This document shows positions 25,411-33,968 of a stretch of 64,000 nucleotides of DNA, piece after piece; position 1 is the stretch's first letter; the number at the start of each line of letters is the position of its first letter. The notes under the pieces are model-generated. The model was not told where the DNA came from and did not search any database. It worked only from the letters and a program-made list of their open reading frames with translations. The stretch spans positions 21,768 to 85,767 of the forward strand of contig JBKJUC010000162.1 in NCBI GenBank assembly GCA_046590325.1, read 5' to 3'. Source of the stretch: Burkholderiales bacterium (lineage in GTDB: Bacteria > Pseudomonadota > Gammaproteobacteria > Burkholderiales > JACQAP01). Position numbers and translations under genes: made by a program.

Positions 25411-25819
25411 AACCAGGGTGCGGGAAAGCCAGGCGCTGGGATTGCCGGATCGCGATCCAGTATTGCGCGTGGTACCCATGCCGTCGGACGCCAACTACAC
25501 CGGCGACATCTTCGGCGGCTGGATCATGTCGCAGGTCGACATTGCCGGCGCCATTCCCGCCATCGAGCTGGCGCAGGGCAGGGTGGCGACGGTGGCGGTC
25601 AATTCGTTCACGTTCAAGCAGCCGGTGATGATCGGCGATGTAGTGAGCTTCTACGCGAAAGTGGTGCGTGTGGGGCGCACCTCCATCACGGTTGATGTGG
25701 AGGTTTACGCGCGCAGGCGCAGCTTGCGCGAAGTGGTGAAGGTGACCGAGGCGACTTTGACTTACGTGGCGGTGGACGACAACCGGCGTCCGCGTCCCGT
25801 GAATTCCGACTCAAGCTGA
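25397..25819 (+). CDS. yciA: acyl-CoA thioesterase, YciA-like hotdog fold
   Basis: 140 aa. LRVVPMPSDANYTGDIFGGWIMSQVDIAGAI closely parallels E. coli YciA. It overlaps the ligase gene end by 14 nt. Confidence 0.8.
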   Translation: MPDTETRVRESQALGLPDRDPVLRVVPMPSDANYTGDIFGGWIMSQVDIAGAIPAIELAQGRVATVAVNSFTFKQPVMIGDVVSFYAKVVRVGRTSITVDVEVYARRRSLREVVKVTEATLTYVAVDDNRRPRPVNSDSS

Positions 25820-25871
25820 ATCAGAACCGGGGCTTGGTAATTGATGGCATAACTTCAACAAGGAGAAGAAC

Positions 25872-27206
25872 ATGCAGCAACAGTTTCGTAAAAATGTGAT
25901 GGTGCTGGCGATTGCTTCCGCGCTGGCAGGCGCAACTGGAATGGCATCGGCCGCGGGCTTCGCCCTGATCGAACAAAGCGGCAGCGGCATGGGCAATGCT
26001 TATGCCGGGGCGGCGGCAACCGGCGAAGACGCCGGTACCGTGTTCTTCAACCCCGCGGCCATGAGCCTGATTGGATCACCGCAGATCGCGGCGGGTGGGC
26101 ACGTCATTGGGCTCAAGGCCGAGTTCAGCGGAACGGGCACCCGCCCGCTCGCGTTAGGCGGCGGCGCAGCGACGGGCGGTCAAGGCGGCGAGGCCGGAGG
26201 CCCGGCCATCGTGCCGAATTTCTACTTCGTGATGCCCATCGGCGACAATATGCGATTCGGCGTTGGGGTCAACGTGCCATTCGGACTGGCTACCGAGTAC
26301 GACGAAGACTGGCTCGGCCGCTTCCAGGGTGTCAAGTCCGAATTGATGACCGTCAATATCAATCCCTCGATTTCGTTCAAGGTGTCTGAAATGTTCTCCA
26401 TCGGCGCCGGTATCAACTATCAGCGCATCAATGCGGAATTGACGAATGCCGTGGTACTGGGCGCGGGCCAGACGGGCAAGGCAACACTCGAGGCGGATGA
26501 CGATGGATGGGGATGGAACGCAGGAATTCTGTTCCAACCGGCGGCCTCGACTAAAGTTGGGTTTAGCTACCGATCGAAAATCGAGTACAAGCTCGATGGA
26601 ACCACCACCGTAACCAGCGATTCGGGCGCGCCGGCAGCGGTGGCGGCAGCAAACTTTTCCACCGGATCCGCGACCGCCGACGTCACCATGCCAGACAGTT
26701 TTTCGCTGAGTCTCGCGCAAGCCCTGAACGGCCAGGTCGAACTGCTGGCCGACGTTACATTCACTCGCTGGAGTGAAATCAACCGGATCAATATCGTCAA
26801 TCCGGGTAACGGCACGCTGCGCGACAGCCTGGTGCTCGACTTCGACGATACTTACCGTTATTCAATCGGCGTCAACTATAAGCTCGACGATGACTGGAAG
26901 CTGAAGGCCGGCGTTGCCTTCGATGAAACCCCCGTAAAAGGCGCATCCAGCCGGACAGTTCGGCTGCCTGACAACGACCGGACCTGGTTGTCGCTTGGCG
27001 CGCAGATGAAAGTGAAGCAGAACGGCCGCCTGGATTTTGGCTATTCCCATCTTTTCATCAAGGATGCCGAAATCAACAATACGCGGAGCCAGCAGGCACC
27101 CAGGCAAACTACGCCAACGGCGTCTGCCGGAACGGCGACAACGGTAACCGGCAGCTATGAGGGGTCAGTGGATATTTTCAGCGTTCAGTACACGCACAGC
27201 TTCTAG
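25872..27206 (+). CDS. fadL: outer-membrane long-chain fatty acid transporter (OmpP1/FadL/TodX family)
   Basis: Signal peptide ...GMASA/AGFAL. N-terminal hatch GNAYAGAAA. Beta-barrel-like alternating pattern with a terminal aromatic (YTHSF). Confidence 0.85.
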   Translation: MQQQFRKNVMVLAIASALAGATGMASAAGFALIEQSGSGMGNAYAGAAATGEDAGTVFFNPAAMSLIGSPQIAAGGHVIGLKAEFSGTGTRPLALGGGAATGGQGGEAGGPAIVPNFYFVMPIGDNMRFGVGVNVPFGLATEYDEDWLGRFQGVKSELMTVNINPSISFKVSEMFSIGAGINYQRINAELTNAVVLGAGQTGKATLEADDDGWGWNAGILFQPAASTKVGFSYRSKIEYKLDGTTTVTSDSGAPAAVAAANFSTGSATADVTMPDSFSLSLAQALNGQVELLADVTFTRWSEINRINIVNPGNGTLRDSLVLDFDDTYRYSIGVNYKLDDDWKLKAGVAFDETPVKGASSRTVRLPDNDRTWLSLGAQMKVKQNGRLDFGYSHLFIKDAEINNTRSQQAPRQTTPTASAGTATTVTGSYEGSVDIFSVQYTHSF

Positions 27207-27216
27207 GCTTTGAACG

Positions 27217-27250
27217 GGCGGCGGGCGAAGGTCCGCCGCCTCCGGTTTTT
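27217..27250 (+). terminator. rho-independent terminator after fadL
   Basis: Stem GGCGGCGG/CCGCCGCC (27217-27240) followed by TCCGGTTTTT. A second alternative pairing is possible with 27258-27275. Confidence 0.55.
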
Positions 27251-27294
27251 CCGGCGAGCCCTTCGCCCGCCGCCGTTTCATTCAGGGAAACACC

Positions 27295-29781
27295 ATGGCA
27301 GGCCACTCTCCATTTCTCGTACGCAAAGTCGCGGTTCTCGGTGCTGGCGTGATGGGCGCGCAGATCGCGGCGCACCTGGTCAATGCCAACGTCGAGACCG
27401 TTCTGTTCGAGTTGCCCGCAAAGGAGGGTGACCCCAACGGCAACGTACGCAAGGCGATCGACGGCCTGAAAAAGCTGGAACCCAGTCCGCTTTCGGTTGC
27501 AGCAAAAACTGAATACATCCAGGCAGCGAATTACGAACAGCACCTGCATCTGCTTAAGGAATGCGACGTCGTCATCGAGGCGATTTCCGAGCGCATGGAC
27601 TGGAAGAAGGACTTGTACGAGAAAGTGGCGCCGCATCTTGGCGAAAACACCATTTTTGCCAGTAATACCTCCGGGCTGTCGATCAATTCGCTTGCGGACG
27701 CGATGCCCGCGCAAGTCCGATCACGCTTCTGCGGCGTTCATTTCTTCAATCCGCCGCGCTACATGCACCTGGTGGAACTGATTGCCTGCAGCGAAACCAG
27801 GCCCGCCATCCTTGACCAGCTGGAAGAATTCCTCGTCACCACCCTGGGCAAGGGCGTGATCCGCGCCAAGGACACGCCCAATTTCATCGCCAACCGCGTC
27901 GGGGTCTTTTCCATCCTTGCGACGTTCCACCATACCCGGCAGTTCGGCCTGGGTTTCGACGAAGTGGATGCCCTGACGGGCTCGCTGATCGGTCGCCCGA
28001 AAAGCGCAACTTATCGCACGGCTGACGTGGTCGGCCTCGACACGCTCACCCACGTCATCAACACGATGAAGGAGACCTTGCCGGACGATCCCTGGCACAA
28101 GTACTACCAGGCTCCGGACTGGCTGCAGGGCCTGCTGGAACAAAAGGCGCTCGGCCAGAAATCCGGCCGGGGCGTCTATCGCAAGGCCGGCAAGGAAATC
28201 CAGGTGCTGGATGCGTCGAAGAGCGACTATCGTCCTTCCGCGGGCAAGGCCGACGAGGCGGTTGCCGCAATTCTCAAGAACAGGAACCTGGCCGAGCGTT
28301 TTTCGCAGCTGCGGGCCAGTTCGCACCCCCAGGCCCGGTTCATGTGGTCCGCGTTCCGCGACATGCTGCACTACTGCGCAGTGCATCTTGAGTCGATCGC
28401 TGACAATGCGCGCGACCTCGACCTGGCCATCCGCTGGGGTTTCGGCTGGAACCAGGGACCGTTCGAGATCTGGCAGGCGGCCGGATGGCAAGATATGGCG
28501 AAATGGATCGCGGAGGATATCGCTGCGGGAAAAACGATGGCCGCAGTGCCGTTGCCGGCCTGGGTGACCGAACCGGGTCGCACGGGTGTCCATGCCGCGC
28601 AGGGCTCCTGGACACCGGTGGAGCGGAGCTACAAGCCGCGACCGGCGTTGCCGGTCTACGGCCGCCAGCCGTTCCCGGACCGGCTGATCAGTGAGAATGC
28701 GGCCCACGGTCAGACGGTATTCGAAACCGATGCCGCCCGCATGTGGACCACCGGAGACGACATCGGCATCGTCAGCTTCAAGTCGAAAATGCACGCGATC
28801 GGCGAGGACGTGCTGGACGGCGTCATGCAGTCGATCGACGAAGCGGAACGCAATTTCAAGGGCCTGATCATCTGGCAGACCGAACCGCCGTTCTCAGTTG
28901 GGGCGAATCTCTCCGGTGGAAGCGGGCGCAAGAGCGAACAGAAACCGTCGGTTTTCGGTTCGATGATGAAGAAGTTCAAGCGCGAGGCGGAGGCGGCGGT
29001 TTTGAAAGCCGCGCGCACACTCAATGTTGCCGATGCCCTGATGGCCGGCCGCCTGGAGAAAGTCGAAAGCGTCGTCGAGCAGTTCCAGGCCACGTCCCAG
29101 GCCCTGCGCTATTCGATGATTCCGACCGTGGCAGCAGTGGACGGTATGGCCCTCGGGGGCGGTTGCGAGTTTGTCATGCATTCGGATCGCGCGGTCGCTT
29201 CTCTGGAAAGCTACATTGGTTTGGTGGAAGCGGGTGTCGGATTGCTGCCCGCGGGTGGGGGATGCAAGGAGTTCGCCATGCGGGCCGCCGCGGATGCAAA
29301 GGGCGGGGATGTCTTTCCCTTCCTGAAAAATTATTTCCAGAACATCGCCACCGCGCAAGTCGGCAAGAGCGCGGAACACTCGCGCGAGCTGGGATTCCTG
29401 CGGGCTCACGATCGCGTGGTAGTGAACCGCTTCGAACTGCTGCATACGGCCAAGGCCGAACTGAACGCCATGGCCGAGGCCGGCTACCGGCCGCCGCTCA
29501 GGCAGCGCAACATTCCCGCCGCGGGCCGCAGTGCGATCGCCACCTTCAAGATGGCGATGGCGAACATGCTGGCGGGAAGACAGATCTCCGAGCACGATTT
29601 TCTCATCGGCAGCAAGATCGCTTACGTGCTGTGCGGGGGTGACGTCGAGCCGGGCACGCTGCTGACCGAAGACTGGTACCTGAACCTGGAACGCCAGGCG
29701 TTCATGGAACTGATCGCTACCGAAAAGACCCAGGCGCGCATCGAGCAGATGCTCAAGACTGGTAAACCCCTAAGGAACTGA
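27295..29781 (+). CDS. 3-hydroxyacyl-CoA dehydrogenase / enoyl-CoA hydratase family protein (FadB-like, HAD domain first)
   Basis: 828 aa. N-terminal NAD fold VAVLGAGVMGAQIAAHL. C-terminal crotonase segment AAVDGMALGGGCEFVMH. Confidence 0.88.
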   Translation: MAGHSPFLVRKVAVLGAGVMGAQIAAHLVNANVETVLFELPAKEGDPNGNVRKAIDGLKKLEPSPLSVAAKTEYIQAANYEQHLHLLKECDVVIEAISERMDWKKDLYEKVAPHLGENTIFASNTSGLSINSLADAMPAQVRSRFCGVHFFNPPRYMHLVELIACSETRPAILDQLEEFLVTTLGKGVIRAKDTPNFIANRVGVFSILATFHHTRQFGLGFDEVDALTGSLIGRPKSATYRTADVVGLDTLTHVINTMKETLPDDPWHKYYQAPDWLQGLLEQKALGQKSGRGVYRKAGKEIQVLDASKSDYRPSAGKADEAVAAILKNRNLAERFSQLRASSHPQARFMWSAFRDMLHYCAVHLESIADNARDLDLAIRWGFGWNQGPFEIWQAAGWQDMAKWIAEDIAAGKTMAAVPLPAWVTEPGRTGVHAAQGSWTPVERSYKPRPALPVYGRQPFPDRLISENAAHGQTVFETDAARMWTTGDDIGIVSFKSKMHAIGEDVLDGVMQSIDEAERNFKGLIIWQTEPPFSVGANLSGGSGRKSEQKPSVFGSMMKKFKREAEAAVLKAARTLNVADALMAGRLEKVESVVEQFQATSQALRYSMIPTVAAVDGMALGGGCEFVMHSDRAVASLESYIGLVEAGVGLLPAGGGCKEFAMRAAADAKGGDVFPFLKNYFQNIATAQVGKSAEHSRELGFLRAHDRVVVNRFELLHTAKAELNAMAEAGYRPPLRQRNIPAAGRSAIATFKMAMANMLAGRQISEHDFLIGSKIAYVLCGGDVEPGTLLTEDWYLNLERQAFMELIATEKTQARIEQMLKTGKPLRN

Positions 29782-29786
29782 ATTTT

Positions 29787-29943
29787 TGCCACAGAGGACA
29801 CAGAGGACACAGAGGAAAGGCAAGGCAGGCCAAGTGCTTTGACATTGAAACTGAAGGTCGAGTGCCACTTTGCCATTGGCGCTGCTGTCCACTGCCATGC
29901 GCTAATCCGCGGCTATTGGTATTTCTCTGTGTCCTCTGTGGCA
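29787..29943. repeat. palindromic non-coding element, 9-mer-periodic arms (CACAGAGGA x3)
   Basis: Left arm TGCCACAGAGGACACAGAGGACACAGAGGAAA. Right arm TTTCTCTGTGTCCTCTGTGGCA, a perfect complement of a two-unit version. It starts 6 nt after the fadB-like stop. Confidence 0.85.
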
Positions 29944-29968
29944 CAAGGTTGAATCAGGAGATCAAAAG

Positions 29969-31171
29969 ATGAGCAAGCAAGTGCAGGATGCCTACATCGT
30001 CGCCGCGACCCGGACGCCGGTTGGCAAGGCGCCCCGCGGCGTGTTCCGGAATGTGCGTCCGGACGACATGCTGGCGCATGTGCTCAGGAGTTCGCTGGCG
30101 CAGGTGCCCGGTCTCGATCCGGCGGTGATCGACGACGTGGTGGTCGGTTGCGCTATGCCGGAGGCGGAGCAGGGCATGAACGTAGCCCGCATCGGTTTGC
30201 TGTTGGCGGGATTTCCCAACAACGTCTCCGGCATGACAATCAACCGCTTCTGCTCCTCGGGATTGCAGGCGGTTGCGGTGGCTGCGGACCGCATACGCCT
30301 GGGCGAGGCCGAGGTCATGATCGGTGCGGGAACGGAGAGCATGAGCATGATCCCGATGGGCGGAAACAAGATCGTGGCCAACGAGCAGTTTTTCACCCGG
30401 GATGAAAACATCGGCATCGCTTACGGCATGGGCATTACCGCGGAGAAAGTCGCCGAGCAATGGAAGGTAAGCCGCGAGGCGCAGGACGAATTCGCCACGG
30501 AATCCCATCGCCGCGCGCTGGCCGGTATCGAGAAGGGGGAGTTCCGGGATGAGATTACGCCGTATGTGGTCAACGAGCGTGTGCCGGACTTTGAGCATCA
30601 CCAGGTGCAGTCAAAGAGCAAAACGGTGAGCGTCGACGAAGGGCCGCGAGCGGGAACAACCCCGGAAGTCCTGGCGAAACTGCGTCCTGCATTCGCAGCG
30701 AACGGTTCGGTCACCGCCGGCAACAGTTCGCAGACTTCCGACGGTGCCGGTTCTGTCATCTTGGCCAGCGAAGCGGCGTTGAAGCGGTTCAACCTGACTC
30801 CGCTCGCCCGGTTCGTGGGTTTTGCGGTCGCCGGTGTGCCGCCGGAAATCATGGGCATCGGTCCCAAGTTCGCAATACCCAAGTTACTCAAGCAGGCGGG
30901 CCTGAAGCTGGAGGACCTGGACTGGATCGAGCTAAACGAGGCCTTCGCCGCCCAGTCGCTTGCGGTTATCGGTGACCTGGGCCTGGACCGCGGTAAAGTC
31001 AATCCGCTGGGTGGCGCGATTGCCCTCGGGCATCCGCTGGGCGCCACCGGCGCGGTCCGCACGGCCACCCTCGTGCACGGCATGCGCCGGCGGGGGCAAA
31101 AGTACGGCATGGTCACCATGTGCATCGGTACCGGCATGGGCGCAGCCGGAATTTTCGAGTCGCTGCGCTGA
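29969..31171 (+). CDS. fadA: acetyl-CoA C-acyltransferase (3-ketoacyl-CoA thiolase)
   Basis: 400 aa. Active-site Cys region NRFCSSGLQA. C-terminal GGAIALGHPLGATG and MCIGTGMG. Confidence 0.92.
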   Translation: MSKQVQDAYIVAATRTPVGKAPRGVFRNVRPDDMLAHVLRSSLAQVPGLDPAVIDDVVVGCAMPEAEQGMNVARIGLLLAGFPNNVSGMTINRFCSSGLQAVAVAADRIRLGEAEVMIGAGTESMSMIPMGGNKIVANEQFFTRDENIGIAYGMGITAEKVAEQWKVSREAQDEFATESHRRALAGIEKGEFRDEITPYVVNERVPDFEHHQVQSKSKTVSVDEGPRAGTTPEVLAKLRPAFAANGSVTAGNSSQTSDGAGSVILASEAALKRFNLTPLARFVGFAVAGVPPEIMGIGPKFAIPKLLKQAGLKLEDLDWIELNEAFAAQSLAVIGDLGLDRGKVNPLGGAIALGHPLGATGAVRTATLVHGMRRRGQKYGMVTMCIGTGMGAAGIFESLR

Positions 31172-31223
31172 GTCTTGCCGTCAAGGATTGCCGCGCGCCG
31201 GAACACAACGAAGGAGGAAAGCA

Positions 31224-31676
31224 ATGCGTATATCGGGAACGGTGGTAGCGGGTTTCACGGTGCTTGCCCTGCTCGGAGCAAACGCCTGGGCGCAGGAGTC
31301 ATCGCCGGTGGGCGTATGGCGAAGCATCGACGACAAGACCAAAAAAGAGCGATCGATCATCCGCATCTCGGAGGTCAACGGCCAACTGGAGGGCGTGGTC
31401 GAGAAGATCTATGACCAGCCAGGCGACGATCCGGCCCACCTTTGCAAGGAATGCAAGGGTGACCTGAAGGACAAGCCCATCGTCGGCATGAAGATCCTGC
31501 GGGGCCTGAAAAAGGATGGCGCGGCTTGGACCGGCGGTGAGATTCTCGATCCCAAGAATGGACGCGTCTACAAGGCGAAAATCACACCTTCGAACGACGG
31601 CAAAAGCCTGGATGTGCGCGGCTTCATCGGCATTTCGCTGATCGGCCGCACCCAGACCTGGTTGAGGGAACAGTGA
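31224..31676 (+). CDS. DUF2147 domain-containing secreted protein
   Basis: RBS AGGAGG. 150 aa with a signal peptide ending AWAQE. GVWRSIDDKT...GEILDPKNGRVYKAKI is typical of DUF2147. Confidence 0.7.
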   Translation: MRISGTVVAGFTVLALLGANAWAQESSPVGVWRSIDDKTKKERSIIRISEVNGQLEGVVEKIYDQPGDDPAHLCKECKGDLKDKPIVGMKILRGLKKDGAAWTGGEILDPKNGRVYKAKITPSNDGKSLDVRGFIGISLIGRTQTWLREQ

Positions 31677-31692
31677 TGGCGGAAAAGCCATC

Positions 31693-31763
31693 GGATTGAG
31701 GATCGGGGATTTGGGAATGGGTTAACCCACTCTTCCCAATCCCCATTCCGCAATCCTCAATCC
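31693..31763. repeat. long imperfect hairpin between convergent genes (likely bidirectional terminator), periodic purine-rich arms
   Basis: GGATTGAGGATCGGGGATTTGGGAATGGG-GTTAAC-...CCCAATCCCCATTCCGCAATCCTCAATCC. It lies between the DUF2147 stop (31676) and the ETF-QO stop (31772). Confidence 0.7.
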
Positions 31764-31771
31764 CGCTCTTT

Positions 31772-33415
31772 CTACATGTTCGGGTAGTTCGGTCCGCCGC
31801 CGCCCTCTGGCGTGACCCAGACGATGTTCTGAGTCGGATCCTTGATGTCGCAGGTCTTGCAGTGCACGCAGTTCTGCGCATTGATTTGCAGCCGCGGCCC
31901 CGCCGCTTCCCGCACGATTTCATAGACGCCCGCCGGACAGTAGCGCTGCTCCGGGGCGTCGTAGAGTTCGAGGTTCACCTGCACCGGGACGGCAGGATCC
32001 TTGAGCGTGAGATGCACCGGCTGGTCTTCGCTGTGGTTGGTATTCGAGATGAAGACCGAAGACAGCCGGTCGAAGGTCAGAACACCATCGGGCTTTGGAT
32101 AGGCAATCGGCTGGGCCTGCGTTTTCGGTTCGAGGGTCTCGTTGTCGGCATGGTCGTGCTGCAGGGTCCAGGGTGCCTTGCCGCCGAACACGATCTGGTC
32201 GATGCCCACCATCACGGTGCCGGCATACAGCCCCTTCGACATCCAGGGCTTGAAATTGCGCGCCTTATGCAGTTCCTGGTAGAGCCACGAATTCCGGAAA
32301 GCCGTGGGGTAAGCGGACAACTCGTCATGCTCGCGTCCGCCTGTCACGGCTTCGAACGCGGCTTCCGCGGCGAGCATGCCTGATTTGATCGCGCAATGGC
32401 TGCCCTTGATCCGGGAGGCGTTGAGGAAACCCGCGTCATCGCCGATCAGGCAGCCGCCGGGGAACACGAGCTTCGGCAACGACTGGATGCCGCCGGCGGC
32501 AATGGCGCGCGCGCCATAGGAAATCCGCTTGCCGCCTTCGAAGAATCCGCGGATGGACAAATGGGTCTTGTAGCGCTGGAACTCCTCGTAGGGATTCAGG
32601 TAGGGATTGCTGTAGCCCAGTCCGACGACAAAACCGACCGCAACCTGATTGTTGTCCTGATGGTAGAGGAATGACCCGCCATAGGTGTCCGTATCCAGCG
32701 GCCAGCCTGCGGTATGGACTACCAGCCCCGGCTGATGTTTCTCCGGCCTGATCTCCCACAGTTCCTTGAGACCGATGCCGTAGACTTGAGGACCGATCCC
32801 TTCGCGCAAGCCGAACTTGCTCTCCAGTTGCCTGCCAAGGTGGCCGCGGCAGCCTTCCGCAAAAAAAGTGTACTTGGCGTGCAGTTCGATGCCGGGCTGG
32901 TAAGCCTGCGTTCTCTCGCCGCTGCGCGAAACACCCATGTTGCCGGTCGCCACACCCCTGACGCTGCCGTCCTCCCGGTAGAGGATTTCGGCTGCTGCGA
33001 ATCCCGGAAAGATCTCGATTCCCAGGGCTTCTGCCTGCATTCCCAGCCAGCGACAGACGTTGCCGAGACTGACGACATAGTTGCCGTGATTCTGGAAACA
33101 TCCGGGCAGCATGAAGTTGGGCAGCTTGAACGAACCGCCTTCGGTGAGAAACAGGAAGCGGTCTTCGCTTACCGGCGTATTCAGAGGCGCGTCCAGTTCC
33201 TGCCAGTTCGGGAACAGTTCGGCAATGGCGCGTGGATCCATTACGGCGCCGGAGAGGATGTGCGCACCGACCTCCGATCCTTTCTCGATGACGCAGACGG
33301 ACACGTCGTTTCCGCGCTCGACGCAAAGCTGCTTCAGCCGGACGGCCGCGGCAAGTCCCGCGGGGCCGGCGCCGACGACCACGACGTCGTACTGCATGGA
33401 TTCACGTTCTGCCAA
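31772..33415 (-). CDS. electron transfer flavoprotein-ubiquinone oxidoreductase
   Basis: FAD fold YDVVVVGAGPAGLAAA. C-terminal 4Fe-4S motif CVHCKTCDIKDP. Preferred start is TTG at 33415 (MAERESMQYDVV) with GAGGAGA 5 nt upstream; ATG at 33397 is the alternative. Confidence 0.9.
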   Translation of the reverse strand: MAERESMQYDVVVVGAGPAGLAAAVRLKQLCVERGNDVSVCVIEKGSEVGAHILSGAVMDPRAIAELFPNWQELDAPLNTPVSEDRFLFLTEGGSFKLPNFMLPGCFQNHGNYVVSLGNVCRWLGMQAEALGIEIFPGFAAAEILYREDGSVRGVATGNMGVSRSGERTQAYQPGIELHAKYTFFAEGCRGHLGRQLESKFGLREGIGPQVYGIGLKELWEIRPEKHQPGLVVHTAGWPLDTDTYGGSFLYHQDNNQVAVGFVVGLGYSNPYLNPYEEFQRYKTHLSIRGFFEGGKRISYGARAIAAGGIQSLPKLVFPGGCLIGDDAGFLNASRIKGSHCAIKSGMLAAEAAFEAVTGGREHDELSAYPTAFRNSWLYQELHKARNFKPWMSKGLYAGTVMVGIDQIVFGGKAPWTLQHDHADNETLEPKTQAQPIAYPKPDGVLTFDRLSSVFISNTNHSEDQPVHLTLKDPAVPVQVNLELYDAPEQRYCPAGVYEIVREAAGPRLQINAQNCVHCKTCDIKDPTQNIVWVTPEGGGGPNYPNM

Positions 33416-33527
33416 ATTATTCTCCTCGCTGACGAGCTGCACAGGGCGTCTGCTAAAATCCGTCACTCCCACGAATGATAAACGCTTTTCGCAACCCCGC
33501 AGAATCCGGATTACAGGCAGCGTAGAG

Positions 33528-33956
33528 ATGAATAAAGAAGAAGGCCGGCTGGTCCGTACCGATCGCGTGCCGATGCGCTGGGGCGAAATGGACGCCCTTG
33601 GCCACATGAATAACGTTTCCTACTTCCGTTATTTCGAGCAGGCGCGCATCTCCTGGTTCGACGACCTGAAAATCGACTACCGTCCGGGATCCGAAGGGCC
33701 GATCCTTGGCACCCTGAGCTGCCGCTATGTCAAACCCGCGATCTATCCGGCCGATATCGAAGTCACGACCTACGTCGGCAACCCGGGCCGCAGCAGCTTC
33801 GGCATGTTCCACGAAATGTTCCTGGCGGGCGATCCGTCGGTGATGTTCGCGCAGGCTGAGGCGGTGATGGTCTGGATCGACATTTCGCAAGGCAAATCGC
33901 GTCCGCTGCCTGACTGGATGCGGGATCGCCTCAGCCCCCGCCCTCTGCACAAGTAG
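33528..33956 (+). CDS. acyl-CoA thioesterase, 4HBT/YbgC-like hotdog fold
   Basis: 142 aa. VPMRWGEMDALGHMNNVSYFRYFEQARISW is typical of the YbgC/4HBT family. It is divergent from ETF-QO. Confidence 0.78.
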   Translation: MNKEEGRLVRTDRVPMRWGEMDALGHMNNVSYFRYFEQARISWFDDLKIDYRPGSEGPILGTLSCRYVKPAIYPADIEVTTYVGNPGRSSFGMFHEMFLAGDPSVMFAQAEAVMVWIDISQGKSRPLPDWMRDRLSPRPLHK

Positions 33957-33968
33957 AGAGCGAGTCTT

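Noticed and set aside
27251-27294. A second GC-rich complementary segment (GGCGAGCCCTTCGCCCGCCGCC) after the fadL terminator, considered as a member of the 9-mer repeat family.
   Set aside because: Its sequence lacks the CRCARAGG periodic units. It is most simply an alternative or extended stem of the terminator region.
29787-29818. Three tandem 9-mers (CACAGAGGA) considered as a possible CRISPR or VNTR.
   Set aside because: The units are only 9 nt long and directly adjacent without spacers, and they form one arm of an inverted repeat. No cas genes are in the window. This is better explained as the arm of a REP/MITE-like palindromic element.
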